Source: Alphaproteobacteria bacterium (GTDB lineage: Bacteria > Pseudomonadota > Alphaproteobacteria > UBA8366). From it: 64,000 nucleotides of DNA. This document shows positions 36,652-45,955 of the stretch, piece by piece. Each line of letters starts with the position of its first letter. Positions within the stretch are counted from its first letter, which is position 1. The translations under genes and the position numbers were made by a program. The DNA is taken from the NCBI GenBank assembly GCA_009377445.1, contig WHUA01000004.1, forward strand, positions 85,273 to 149,272. Direction: 5' to 3'. The notes under the pieces were generated by a model. The model did not search any database. It had not been told where the DNA came from and saw nothing but the letters and a program-made list of their open reading frames with translations.

Positions 36652-38126
36652 TGTCGCGCTATACGATCGTCGTGGACCGCCTCTCGGACTGGAAAGGCTC
36701 GGAGGAAGGTCTCAAGTTGATGGCCGTCGACGAGTTCCTCACGAGCGGCGCCGCCCTTCCCCGTGGCGGCCGCGTGGTGAACCTTTGCCGGCGGTACGGT
36801 TACCTCAGCGCCGGCTACTACTGTTCGCTGCTTGCCGAGGCGCGCGGCCAGATCCCGATGCCGACCGTCGCCGACGTTCTCAGCCTGTCGCGCAAGTCGC
36901 TGTATACACACGACGTGCCGGAGCTGGACGATATCCTGCGCCGGACGATCCGGCGTCTCACCTTGCCGCCCGACAAGGCCTTCACGATCATCGTCCTCTT
37001 CGGCCAGGCGGACGACGGGCGGTTCAAGCGGCTCGCGTCGCAGTGCTTCGACATATTCCGTTATCCGATCGTCAGGCTGCAGATCGAGAAGAAGAGCCAA
37101 TGGCGCATCACCGAAATCGTGCCGATGGGCCTGCATCAGCTTCCCGAGGAGCTGAGCGGATGGTTCCAGACGGCGCTGCGCGCCTACACCCGCACGCGCA
37201 AGGCGCTGAGCGGCGGCCGGCCGCCCAGCCTTTACAACCTGGCGGTCCTGTACGAACCGGGCGAAGCGATGCCGCCTTCCGACAAGGCCGCGCTCGACCG
37301 GTTCCTCCGCATCGGCCAGGCGCTCCGCATCGACGTCGAGCTGATCACCAGCAAGGACTACCGGCGGATACCGGAGTTCGATGCGCTGTTCATCCGCACC
37401 ACGACCGCGATCGACCACTACACCTACCAGTTCGCGCGCAAGGCGGAGCAGGAAGGCCTCGCCGTGATCGACGACCCGACGTCGATCCTGCGCTGCACGA
37501 ACAAAGTGTTCCTGCACGAGTTGTTGATCCGCCACGGCATCCCAACCCCGCGCAGCGAGGCGATCAACCGGCTCGACTTCAACGACGAGATGCTGCCGCT
37601 GCTGGAACACCGGCTGGGCTATCCGATCGTGCTCAAGATTCCGGACGGCTCTTTCTCGCGCGGCATCCGCAAGGCGGAGAATCGCCAGCAACTGATCGAA
37701 TACGGCACGGAGCTTCTCAAGCATTCGCGCCTGATCCTGGCGCAGGAATTCATCTACACGCAGTTCGACTGGCGCGTCGGCGTCCTGAACGGCAAGCCTT
37801 TGTATGTCTGCCAATACGAGATGTCGCACAAGCACTGGCAGATCGTGAAGCACCGGTCGGACGGCAGCTTCCAGGAAGGCGGGTACAAGACGTTCACCAT
37901 CGAAGAGGCCCCGAAGGCGCTGGTCGAAACCGCGACACGCGCGGCGGCGCTGATGGGCAACGGCCTCTACGGCGTGGACATCAAGCAGACGGACAAGGGA
38001 TTCCTCGTCATCGAGGTCAACGACAACCCGAACATCGAGCACGGCGTGGAGGACAAGATACTGCAGGACAAGCTGTACATCGCGATCCTGCAGGATTTCA
38101 TCCGGCGCATCGACACGGCGACCTGA
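36651..38126 (+). CDS. RimK-family ATP-grasp ligase with long N-terminal (RLAN-type) domain
   Basis: The start overlaps the upstream stop (TAATG). The C-terminal ATP-grasp region has GYPIVLKIPDGSFSRGI, LAQEFIYTQFDWRVGVL and GVDIKQTDKGFLVIEVNDNP. The ~200-aa N-terminal extension is as in RimK-like proteins with the RLAN domain. Confidence 0.85.
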   Translation: MSRYTIVVDRLSDWKGSEEGLKLMAVDEFLTSGAALPRGGRVVNLCRRYGYLSAGYYCSLLAEARGQIPMPTVADVLSLSRKSLYTHDVPELDDILRRTIRRLTLPPDKAFTIIVLFGQADDGRFKRLASQCFDIFRYPIVRLQIEKKSQWRITEIVPMGLHQLPEELSGWFQTALRAYTRTRKALSGGRPPSLYNLAVLYEPGEAMPPSDKAALDRFLRIGQALRIDVELITSKDYRRIPEFDALFIRTTTAIDHYTYQFARKAEQEGLAVIDDPTSILRCTNKVFLHELLIRHGIPTPRSEAINRLDFNDEMLPLLEHRLGYPIVLKIPDGSFSRGIRKAENRQQLIEYGTELLKHSRLILAQEFIYTQFDWRVGVLNGKPLYVCQYEMSHKHWQIVKHRSDGSFQEGGYKTFTIEEAPKALVETATRAAALMGNGLYGVDIKQTDKGFLVIEVNDNPNIEHGVEDKILQDKLYIAILQDFIRRIDTAT

Positions 38127-38148
38127 CGAGGACCAGAACGGTGCCCGC

Positions 38149-39249
38149 CTACGGCTCTCCGCGCAGCCCGTCCTCGGCCTGTCCCAGGACCTCCCGGCCA
38201 CGCGCCAGGACCATGCTTCGCCACTCGGCCGTGTCGGGAAAGAAGTGGCGCTTGAGCGTCGCTTTGGCGGCCTGCGTCTCCGGCGATCCCCAATCCGGCG
38301 CGCCGTCGCGGTGCAGGATGTGGTCGAGGCGAAGCTGGCGGAACATGTCTTCGACCGGATAGGTGCCGAACTCGAGAGTCACGAAAGTGACGGCCGGCCC
38401 GAGCGCCCGCTGCCACCCGTAATCGAGCAGCCCGTATTTCGCCACCGAGGTGGACGTGCCGAGCGCGGGCTCCGTCATCGATGCGCCGTACCAGCGCCGG
38501 CCGCGTAGAGTCTCCGCGCTTCCGGCGGGATGGTCGCAGATGATCTCGCCGTAGCCGAAGGGCCCCAGCCCGGTATGGATATCGACCACCGCGACGACCC
38601 GGCGGCGGACCAGGCCGAAGTCCGTCAGGACCGCCTCGACCGCCCGCCGGGACCATGCCGGCGCTGCGCCGCCGTAGAACAGGCCGGCAGGCTGCGTGTA
38701 CTGGCCCGAGGAGACCGCCATCTCCAGCGCCCGCTGCCCGTGCCGGACGCGGTAGGCCTCGATAACCGCTTCCGCTGCCGCGAGAGCGGACGGATCTAAG
38801 CTCGCGGGCAGCAGGGCCGCGTGCAGCTCGTCATAGCCGGGATTGGCCGGCAGCGGCGCCGCGAAATCGACGAAATTGCGGTTCAGGTCGACCCCGTCCT
38901 CGTTCACCCGGCGGAGCCATGCGAACCCATGCGGATTGAGCGCGTGGAGATGCAGCACGGCGAGATCGCCGCCCTGCAGCGAACGCCCTCTTCGGGCGAT
39001 CCAATCGAGCTGCACGGCCGAGCCGCAAAAGCCCTCCGCCCCGTGCGTCGCGGAGATCGTGACGAGCGCCCGGGAAGCATCCTGCGGCCCGAACCAGGCC
39101 GCATCCATCGCGAGCGCCTCGCCCTCCGGGCCGCGCCGGGGGTTCTCGTAACTCTTCACGGGGATGCCCGCCGCGCCGCATGCCGCCCGGAAGCGATCGC
39201 GCGCCCCGGCGTAGCTGCCGCTGAACGGGGAATCCGGGGTATCCGTCAT
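38149..39249 (-). CDS. DUF2817 family protein (M14 zinc-carboxypeptidase-like fold)
   Basis: 366 aa from ATG 39249. TISATHGAEGFCGS, LHALNPHGFAWLRRVNEDGVDLNRNF and VVDIHTGLGPFG fit the DUF2817/M14-like pattern from memory. Confidence 0.65.
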   Translation of the reverse strand: MTDTPDSPFSGSYAGARDRFRAACGAAGIPVKSYENPRRGPEGEALAMDAAWFGPQDASRALVTISATHGAEGFCGSAVQLDWIARRGRSLQGGDLAVLHLHALNPHGFAWLRRVNEDGVDLNRNFVDFAAPLPANPGYDELHAALLPASLDPSALAAAEAVIEAYRVRHGQRALEMAVSSGQYTQPAGLFYGGAAPAWSRRAVEAVLTDFGLVRRRVVAVVDIHTGLGPFGYGEIICDHPAGSAETLRGRRWYGASMTEPALGTSTSVAKYGLLDYGWQRALGPAVTFVTLEFGTYPVEDMFRQLRLDHILHRDGAPDWGSPETQAAKATLKRHFFPDTAEWRSMVLARGREVLGQAEDGLRGEP

Positions 39250-39299
39250 CGCACCGATATACGCGAAAATGGTCCGGCGCGGTAGGCGGGCCCGGACGG

Positions 39300-40196
39300 T
39301 CAGGCCGCCCGCACTGCTTCCGGAGCGCGCCCTTTCACGGTCGTCCGCTGCATGCGGCGACGCTGCGGCAACCAGTAGTCGTCGACCGCCAGGTGCTGCG
39401 TCTGGATGTTGTCCCAGATCAGCAAGTCGCCGGCCTGCCACTTATGCCGGTAGACGAAGGCCGGCTTCGTCACATGGGCGCAAAGCTCGGCCAGCAGCGC
39501 CGGACCCTCCCCCTCCGGCAGCCCGAGGATGCTCTCGGTGATGCCGTCGTTGCAGAACAGGATAGGCGCGCCGGTATAGGGATGCGCGATGACGAGCGGG
39601 TGCGTGGCCGGCGGCACCTTGCGCTTCTGCTCCTCGCTCAGCGGCTTCAGGCCCTGGCGGCCCGGCTTGCTTTTCGCGACGATCTTCTCGTAGACCTGCC
39701 GGTAGCTGTGCACGGCCTCGAGGCCCGCCAGCCGCGCCTTGGCCGGCGCCGGTAGCGCGGCATAAGCCATCCGCGCATTGGCGAACATCGTGTCGCCCAG
39801 CGGCCGGCCCTCGCCGTCCTGCGGCACCTCGAGGGCGTGCAGCAGCGAGCAGCGGCTCGGCTCGGCCATGTAGGAAAGGTCGGTGTGCCAGACCCGGCCC
39901 GCTTCCGCCAGACCGAGCGGCTTGCCGCCGGCATCGAGGCAATTGGAGATGCAATAGATCTCGGGAAACCCCTGCAAATTGAAGCTCGACTGCACGTGCA
40001 CCTCAAGCTCGCCGAAGCGCCGGCTGAAATCGATGTGCTGCGGCGGCGCAAACCGCTGGTCGCGAATGCAGACGACCGCGTATTCGTGCAAGGCGTCGAC
40101 GATCCGCCCGAAGATGGCTTCATCCGGCGCGACCGCGAGATCCAGGCCGGTGATTTCCGCGCCGAACGGCCCGGGCAATGGGCGAAGGGTCATCAT
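39300..40196 (-). CDS. TauD/TfdA family Fe(II)/2-oxoglutarate dioxygenase (second copy)
   Basis: Has VWHTDLSY (HxD) and IWDNIQTQHLA. The ATG pair at 40196/40193 follows GAGAGG. Confidence 0.85.
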   Translation of the reverse strand: MMTLRPLPGPFGAEITGLDLAVAPDEAIFGRIVDALHEYAVVCIRDQRFAPPQHIDFSRRFGELEVHVQSSFNLQGFPEIYCISNCLDAGGKPLGLAEAGRVWHTDLSYMAEPSRCSLLHALEVPQDGEGRPLGDTMFANARMAYAALPAPAKARLAGLEAVHSYRQVYEKIVAKSKPGRQGLKPLSEEQKRKVPPATHPLVIAHPYTGAPILFCNDGITESILGLPEGEGPALLAELCAHVTKPAFVYRHKWQAGDLLIWDNIQTQHLAVDDYWLPQRRRMQRTTVKGRAPEAVRAA

Positions 40197-40351
40197 CTCC
40201 TGCCTCTCTGGCTGCATTTCCCCGATGCCCTGGAGAATAGGCCACGGGCCGGGCCGCAGGCAAAAAGCGATGCGGCCGCCACAAGTAGACAATCTCGGCG
40301 GATACTGCATAAAGTCGCGCCTCGATCGCGACGAGCGGAGACGCGTTGCGC

Positions 40352-40846
40352 ATGCATCGCTACAAGTACCCCTACGACCGCTACAATCGGTTCCACGTCG
40401 TCAAGGTGAACCTGCCGATCGCCGCGTCGGTGCTGTTCCTTTCGCGGCATATCCTGACTTTCCTGTTCCTGGGCATCGCTTTCAGCCGCACGCATATCGC
40501 GATCAACGATGCCTTCGGCGGCCTGTTCGACCCGGTCTATATGCTGTCGGACATCCCGGCGCTGCTGGTCTTCCTTGCCATGCTCGCCCGGCATCCCAAC
40601 AGCGGACGGCCTGCGCGGATCGCCTGGCGGCTCGGACCTTATCTGCTGCTGGTTTCGGCGGTGGGCTATCTGGTTCTTCTCGGCCGCCAGATCGGCTTCG
40701 GCCCTGGGAATTTCGGCTGGGCGGCCTGGGCCATGATACTGGGAACCGCCACCGCGATCGGCTACGTCTTCCTGTCGCCGTACGCCCGCGATGTCTTTCG
40801 CGAATTTCCCGACGCGGCATTGCGCGACGACGCGAAACGGAAGTAA
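40352..40846 (+). CDS. DUF2919-like membrane protein
   Basis: N terminus MHRYKYPYDRYNRFHVVKVNLP followed by four hydrophobic helices. The family call is from memory. ATG 40352 is preferred over TTG 40346. Confidence 0.5.
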   Translation: MHRYKYPYDRYNRFHVVKVNLPIAASVLFLSRHILTFLFLGIAFSRTHIAINDAFGGLFDPVYMLSDIPALLVFLAMLARHPNSGRPARIAWRLGPYLLLVSAVGYLVLLGRQIGFGPGNFGWAAWAMILGTATAIGYVFLSPYARDVFREFPDAALRDDAKRK

Positions 40847-40858
40847 CGGCGCCGCCCC

Positions 40859-41302
40859 TCAGTCCGGACGCAGCCCCGGATAGGCTTTGGCGATGGCGAC
40901 GACTCTGAAGCCGTAGAGGCCGAGCAGCAGCGTTACCGCGCCGATCAGCAGCTTGTCCGGCATGTGCAGCGCCGGCGGGAAGCCGTAAACGATCAGGTAG
41001 GCCAGAAAAACCGGCGGCGCCGTCGCGCAGATCACCGCGGCGGCGCGGTGGCGCGTCGCGCCGAGCGCGATCGCGCTGCTGCATAGGACGAAGGAATAAC
41101 CCGCGACGGCCGGCGCCCCGGCAAGCGATCCGAAGCCGAGCAAGGCCAGAAGCCCGATGACGAAGAAGAAAGCCGCCATCAGGACCGAAAAGCTGAACAG
41201 CTCGTTCCGCGCCTGCGTCCGGCTCAGCATTCCGACCGGCACGAGATAGGGCGTCTTCTCCTCGCTCCACACATATTTGCGGATGTAATCGAACCAGCTC
41301 AT
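40859..41302 (-). CDS. Hypothetical four-TM membrane protein, last gene of the TRAP operon
   Basis: 147 aa and hydrophobic. Only 4 nt separate it from the upstream TRAP small-permease gene. Confidence 0.5.
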   Translation of the reverse strand: MSWFDYIRKYVWSEEKTPYLVPVGMLSRTQARNELFSFSVLMAAFFFVIGLLALLGFGSLAGAPAVAGYSFVLCSSAIALGATRHRAAAVICATAPPVFLAYLIVYGFPPALHMPDKLLIGAVTLLLGLYGFRVVAIAKAYPGLRPD

Positions 41303-41306
41303 TGCG

Positions 41307-42017
41307 CTACCCGTGCGGCGCGCCGGCGGCCTTCGGCGGCTCCGTGTCGTCGAGAACGATCCGCTCCTTGCCCTCGATCCGCGTTCCCTCTTCCTCCGGC
41401 CATTCCAGCGTCATCAACGGGAACCGCAACTCGCGCGGCCCGAACAGCACGAGGACGGCCTGAATCCAGATCGCGAAGCCGGCCAGGGCGGCGACAATCA
41501 GGCCGAAGGTCAGGATGCTCTTGATGATCCAGCGGTGCGACAAGCCGATGGTGGAAGCCGAAATCTCCCCGATCTTATAGGACTCGTAAGTGAAGTAGAT
41601 CGCGAAATAGATCACCACCAGGCAATAGGGAATCATGAACAGGCTGCAGCCGAGAAACTCGAGCCATGCCTTCTTTCGCCAAGGCAGCCTCTCGCGGACG
41701 AGATCGACGCGGACGTGGCTGTTGTGGATGCTGCCATAGCCAAGCACGAGCGCGAACAGCGCGGTGTGAAAGTGCCATTCGAGCTCCTGCAGCAAGGTCG
41801 ATTCGAAGATCGAGCTGACGTTCGCGATCAGCCAGAGCTGAATCCAGACCATCTTGCGGATGGTGACGTCGAGCATCGTCACCGCGACCAGCGGCACGAT
41901 GAGGAGCGCGCCCCACCGGCCGAAGAAGTCGACGAAGCGGCGGAGCGCGTCGCTCGCCTGAGCCAGTCGCCGGGCGGAAGATTCGCCGATCGTCGATCTT
42001 GCGTTTTCGATCGTCAT
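41307..42017 (-). CDS. TRAP transporter small permease subunit (DctQ-type)
   Basis: 236 aa with four TM helices. FVDFFGRWGALLIVPLVAVTMLDVTIRK matches the DctQ N-terminal pattern. Confidence 0.78.
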   Translation of the reverse strand: MTIENARSTIGESSARRLAQASDALRRFVDFFGRWGALLIVPLVAVTMLDVTIRKMVWIQLWLIANVSSIFESTLLQELEWHFHTALFALVLGYGSIHNSHVRVDLVRERLPWRKKAWLEFLGCSLFMIPYCLVVIYFAIYFTYESYKIGEISASTIGLSHRWIIKSILTFGLIVAALAGFAIWIQAVLVLFGPRELRFPLMTLEWPEEEGTRIEGKERIVLDDTEPPKAAGAPHG

Positions 42018-42026
42018 CTCGTCCCC

Positions 42027-43541
42027 CTAATCGTAGACGTTATGCATCAGCCACAGCGCCAGATTCGGGTAGGAAATGACGATGATCAGCGCGGTAAGCT
42101 GGAGCAGGACAAAAGGAATGATGCCCAGGTAGATGCTCTGGATCTTCACTTCCTTCGGCGCGATCCCCTTCAAGTAGAAGAGCGCGAACCCGAATGGCGG
42201 CGTGAGAAAGGAGGTCTGCAGATTGACCGCGACGAGGATCGCGAACCAGAAGACCACATCCTCCTTGGGAAGGTGATCGCCAAAATCGAGGCCCGCCACC
42301 ATCGGCGCGAATACCGGCAGCACGATCAGCGTGATCTCGATCCAGTCCAGGAAGAACCCCAGGAAGAACACCACTGCCATGATCAGGAAAAGCAGGCCCC
42401 AGGAATCGAGCCCGGCCTGCGCGATCAGGTGCTCGACGATGTCGTCGCCGCCGAGCGAGCGGTAGACGTAGGCGAAACAGGTCGCGCTCAGGATGATGAA
42501 GAAGATCATCGCCACCGTTCGCGCGGTGGTCTGGCACACCGTGTTCAGCGAGCTCATATTCAACCTGCCGGCGACAATGGCCAGGATGGCCGCACCGAAG
42601 GCGCCCACCGCCCCTGCCTCGCTGGGCGTCGCCCAGCCGAGCAGGATGGAGCATTTGATCAGCGAGATCAGGAAGACCGGCGGCAGGAAGCTTTTGACGA
42701 TCAGCGGCAACATCTCGTTGCGCGGGACATACAGCAGCTCCCGCGACAGCGGGGGCGCGGCCGACGGCTTGATCGCGGCGACCACCACGACGAAGATGAG
42801 GTACAGCCCGGCCAGCGCCAGGCCCGGCATGAGCGCGGCCATGAAAAGGTTGCCGACGGAAATCGCCAGCAGGTCCGCCATGATGATCAGCATGATGCTG
42901 GGCGGAATGAGAATGCCGAGGGTGCCGGACGCGGCGATTGTGCCGCAGGCAAGAGCGGGGCTGTAGTTCTGCCGCAGCATCGTCGGCAGCGCTAGAGCGG
43001 TCATCATCGTGACCGAGGCGCCGATGATGCCGGTCATCGCCGCCAGGATCGTCCCCATGATGGTTACGGCGAGCGCGAGCGCGCCGGGAACCCGCCGCAG
43101 CAGCACCTGCACGCAATAGAGCAGATCCTGCGCTATGCCGCTGCGCTCCATCATGATGCCCATGAAGACGAATGCCGGCACCGACACGAGAACGAGATTC
43201 TCGGCCGCCTGCCCCCATATGCGCGGCAGGAAATTGAAGAACTCGATGAGGGAGAACATCCCAAGCGCGTAGCCGATAAGGCCGAAATTGATGGCGATGC
43301 CGCCAAGGACGAAGGCGACGGGATAGCCGGAGAACAAGAGCACCGCCAATGTCAGGAACATGAAGATCGGCAGGTATTCCTGAACCGTGAAGAGCAACGC
43401 TTCCCGCGCTTCGGGCGAAAGGCTGATGATGTAGAAAAAGATCGCCGCCAGCAGGACCGGCGGCAGCATCACCAGCCACGTCCAGCCGTTCAAGCGCGCA
43501 CGAATTCTGGCTAACTGATCGACAGTGCTCATCGGCGTCAC
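42027..43541 (-). CDS. TRAP transporter large permease subunit (DctM-type)
   Basis: 504-aa polytopic protein. GIAQDLL, GASVTMMTALALPTM and GTLGILIPPSIMLII are DctM-family motifs. Confidence 0.88.
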   Translation of the reverse strand: MTPMSTVDQLARIRARLNGWTWLVMLPPVLLAAIFFYIISLSPEAREALLFTVQEYLPIFMFLTLAVLLFSGYPVAFVLGGIAINFGLIGYALGMFSLIEFFNFLPRIWGQAAENLVLVSVPAFVFMGIMMERSGIAQDLLYCVQVLLRRVPGALALAVTIMGTILAAMTGIIGASVTMMTALALPTMLRQNYSPALACGTIAASGTLGILIPPSIMLIIMADLLAISVGNLFMAALMPGLALAGLYLIFVVVVAAIKPSAAPPLSRELLYVPRNEMLPLIVKSFLPPVFLISLIKCSILLGWATPSEAGAVGAFGAAILAIVAGRLNMSSLNTVCQTTARTVAMIFFIILSATCFAYVYRSLGGDDIVEHLIAQAGLDSWGLLFLIMAVVFFLGFFLDWIEITLIVLPVFAPMVAGLDFGDHLPKEDVVFWFAILVAVNLQTSFLTPPFGFALFYLKGIAPKEVKIQSIYLGIIPFVLLQLTALIIVISYPNLALWLMHNVYD

Positions 43542-43627
43542 ATCCCAGTTGCCGGGCCTGCCGAGCCGGACGAGCCGGTCCGGCAGGCCGCCGGTGTTAC
43601 GGAATCGGACAGATCATGCTCGGTCCG

Positions 43628-44707
43628 TCACTGGTACGTCGGCTTCAGATACTGCGCATCTCCCCACTTCTTGTAGTTTGCGCGGAACGTGAAGTAGCTA
43701 TCCGCCACCTTCTTGAAGAGCGGGTCCTTGGCCGACTCTTCCTCGACCACCTCGAGCCACGCCTTCTCCAGCGCCTTGAGTACGCCGTCGTCCCAACGGT
43801 GATTGGTTACGCCGTACTTGGAGAGCATCTCCGCCATAGCCTCGAAGTTCTTCGCCTCGGTTTCCGCATAGGTATGGGTGATGCTTTCGCCGGCCGCTAT
43901 CTCGACCATCGCCTTGTATTCGTCCGGCAGCTCATCGAACTTTCCCTTGTTGATCAGGATCTCGCTACAGGAGACCTGCTGATGCCAGCCCGGGTAGTAG
44001 TTGTTCTTGGCGATCTGATAGAAGCCGAGCTTGATGTCGATCGTCGGCATCGAGAACTCCGTCGCATCGATCACGCCGCGCTCCAGCGCCGGATAGATAT
44101 CCGCACCGGCGAGCAACTGCGTCGACACGCCCATCTTCTGCATGACCTTTGCCCCGAGGCCGAAGAAACGCATCTTCAGCCCTTTGAGATCGTCGAGCGA
44201 GGTCAGCTTTTCCCGGAACCAGCCCGATGTCTCGGGACCGATGCAGAAGTTGTCGAAGGAGATCAGGTTATGCTTGGCGTAGATTTCCGCCCGCAGCTCC
44301 TGTCCGCCGCCGAACCATTTCCAGGCCATGAACTCGCCGAACTGCGGACCGAAAGGAACCGCCGTGAAGAAGGCGAGCGCCGGATACTTGCCGGTGTGAT
44401 AGCCCGGCGTCGTCCAGCAGGCATCGACCGATCCGGCCGCGGCCGCGTCGAAGCATTCGAGTGCCGGCACCAGGGCGCCCGGCTCATAGAACTTGATGTC
44501 GAACTTGCCGGCGGAAAGACGCGAGACGTTCTTGGAGTAACGCACGCCGGACGTACCGAGATGCGGAAGCTGTCCGCCGAAGGCGCTTTGCATCTTCCAA
44601 CGGACGCGCTTTTGCGCTTCCGCATCGTTGGCAAAGCCGAATGAGACCACCAGCGCTATCGCCGCGGTCAGCACGCAACCGAATAGACGACCAATGAGCA
44701 TAACCAT
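43628..44707 (-). CDS. TRAP transporter periplasmic solute-binding protein (DctP-type)
   Basis: Has a signal peptide ending ANDAEA-Q. GALVPALECFDAAAAGSVDA and YPALERGVIDATEF fit the DctP family. The start may be the second ATG at 44701 (better SD spacing). Confidence 0.85.
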   Translation of the reverse strand: MVMLIGRLFGCVLTAAIALVVSFGFANDAEAQKRVRWKMQSAFGGQLPHLGTSGVRYSKNVSRLSAGKFDIKFYEPGALVPALECFDAAAAGSVDACWTTPGYHTGKYPALAFFTAVPFGPQFGEFMAWKWFGGGQELRAEIYAKHNLISFDNFCIGPETSGWFREKLTSLDDLKGLKMRFFGLGAKVMQKMGVSTQLLAGADIYPALERGVIDATEFSMPTIDIKLGFYQIAKNNYYPGWHQQVSCSEILINKGKFDELPDEYKAMVEIAAGESITHTYAETEAKNFEAMAEMLSKYGVTNHRWDDGVLKALEKAWLEVVEEESAKDPLFKKVADSYFTFRANYKKWGDAQYLKPTYQ

Positions 44708-45052
44708 CTCCTCCCTGTTTTGCAGGCGGACGGCTGGCAGCTCGAAACGGCTGCTTGGGGCTTTGCTTCAAGGACCTTCGAGGGTCAACGAAACACAGCC
44801 AGCCGTCATGCCTCCCAATTCGCCCCGGCGGCTTCTTTTCCTCGGACTACGCCGAGAACGGCCGGCCTGTCGGGCATTCCGTTAGATAGTCGCAAGCCCC
44901 CTTCAGCAGTTGGTAGCGCCGCTAGCTTAAACACGCTTCCGCAATTGCGCCAACGAGATTATTCAACGGGTGCAAGAAATTCGCGCTCGTGCTCACGCCG
45001 GGTAGGTTGAAACGCACTCATGCCCAGCACCACCTTCGGCGGCGGAAATCGC

Positions 45053-45889
45053 TCACGAAATCAGCGGCGTGTAGCGATCCAGCAACCGCAGCACCTCATC
45101 TCGGCCGGCCGAGGGAAGCGCCAACAGCCCGCGCGTGATTCCCGCCTCGGCGTAACCGGCGAGGGCAGCCTTGTCGGCGGGCGCCCGGAAGACCGTGACG
45201 GACAGGGACGCCATGTCCCGCCCATGTTCCGCCGCCGCCTGACGCAGCCGGGACATGCCTTCGGCGGGCTCGAAACCGGCGCCGGCGCGGGGAAACCAGC
45301 CGTCGCAGAACTCCACCACCCGGCGCACCGTGTGCCGGCTTTCCCCGCCGAGTATGACGGGCGGGTGCGGCCTTTGCGCGGGCTTCGGGTAGGACCACAC
45401 AGGATCGAAGCGCACCATGTCCCCGCGGAACGCAGCCTCCTCCTCGGTCCACAAGGCCTTCATGGCGAGCACGCGCTCCCGCAGCAGCTTGAAGCGCGTT
45501 TCGTAGCGCGCGCCGTGGTTCTCCATCTCGTCGACATTCCAGCCGCCGCCGATGCCGAAGACGAAACGGCCGCCGGACAGCCGGTCGAGGCTTGCGACGC
45601 ATTTCGCGGTGACGATCGGATCGCGCTGGGCGACGAGGCAGATGCCGGTGCCGAGCCGCAGCTTCTTGGTTGCCGCGGCAGCGAAGGAAAGCGCCACGAA
45701 CGGGTCGTAGGTGTGCAGGTACTCTTTCGGCAGTTCCGATCCGCCGCGGAACGGCGTTTTGCGGCTGGTCGGAATATGCGTGTGTTCCGGCACGAAGAGC
45801 GATTCGAAGCCCCGCTCCTCCAGCGCGCGGGCAAGCTCCCCGATCCCGATTGCGTAGTCGGTCGCGAACATGAAGACGCCGATATGCAT
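45053..45889 (-). CDS. LLM-class F420-dependent-type oxidoreductase (Rv2161c-like)
   Basis: MHIGVFMFATDYAI, LDRLSGGRFVFGIGGGWN and PPVILGG. First gene behind a sigma-54 promoter. Confidence 0.8.
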   Translation of the reverse strand: MHIGVFMFATDYAIGIGELARALEERGFESLFVPEHTHIPTSRKTPFRGGSELPKEYLHTYDPFVALSFAAAATKKLRLGTGICLVAQRDPIVTAKCVASLDRLSGGRFVFGIGGGWNVDEMENHGARYETRFKLLRERVLAMKALWTEEEAAFRGDMVRFDPVWSYPKPAQRPHPPVILGGESRHTVRRVVEFCDGWFPRAGAGFEPAEGMSRLRQAAAEHGRDMASLSVTVFRAPADKAALAGYAEAGITRGLLALPSAGRDEVLRLLDRYTPLIS

Positions 45890-45916
45890 GGTCCCTCCGG
45901 GCGAAAGATTTGCGAT

Positions 45917-45932
45917 TGCACCGAGTATGCCA
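45917..45932 (-). promoter_or_regulatory. Sigma-54 (-24/-12) promoter upstream of the LLM/TRAP operon
   Basis: The minus strand reads TGGCAT-ACTCG-GTGCA, with GG and GC at the canonical 12-nt register. It lies 28 nt upstream of ATG 45889, leaving room for GGAGGG in the leader. Confidence 0.6.
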
Positions 45933-45955
45933 GCAATCGCAAGTTGCTTCGCCTG

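Noticed and set aside
44708-45052. 345-bp gap between the LLM and dctP genes, examined for a second sigma-54 promoter, an sRNA, or the 96-aa ORF 44720-45010.
   Set aside because: The best -24/-12-like candidates are off by one or more nucleotides in spacing. The ORF has no SD and no family resemblance. Only short palindromes (TAGCGCCGCTA, GCAATTGC) are present, which is not enough to call a feature.
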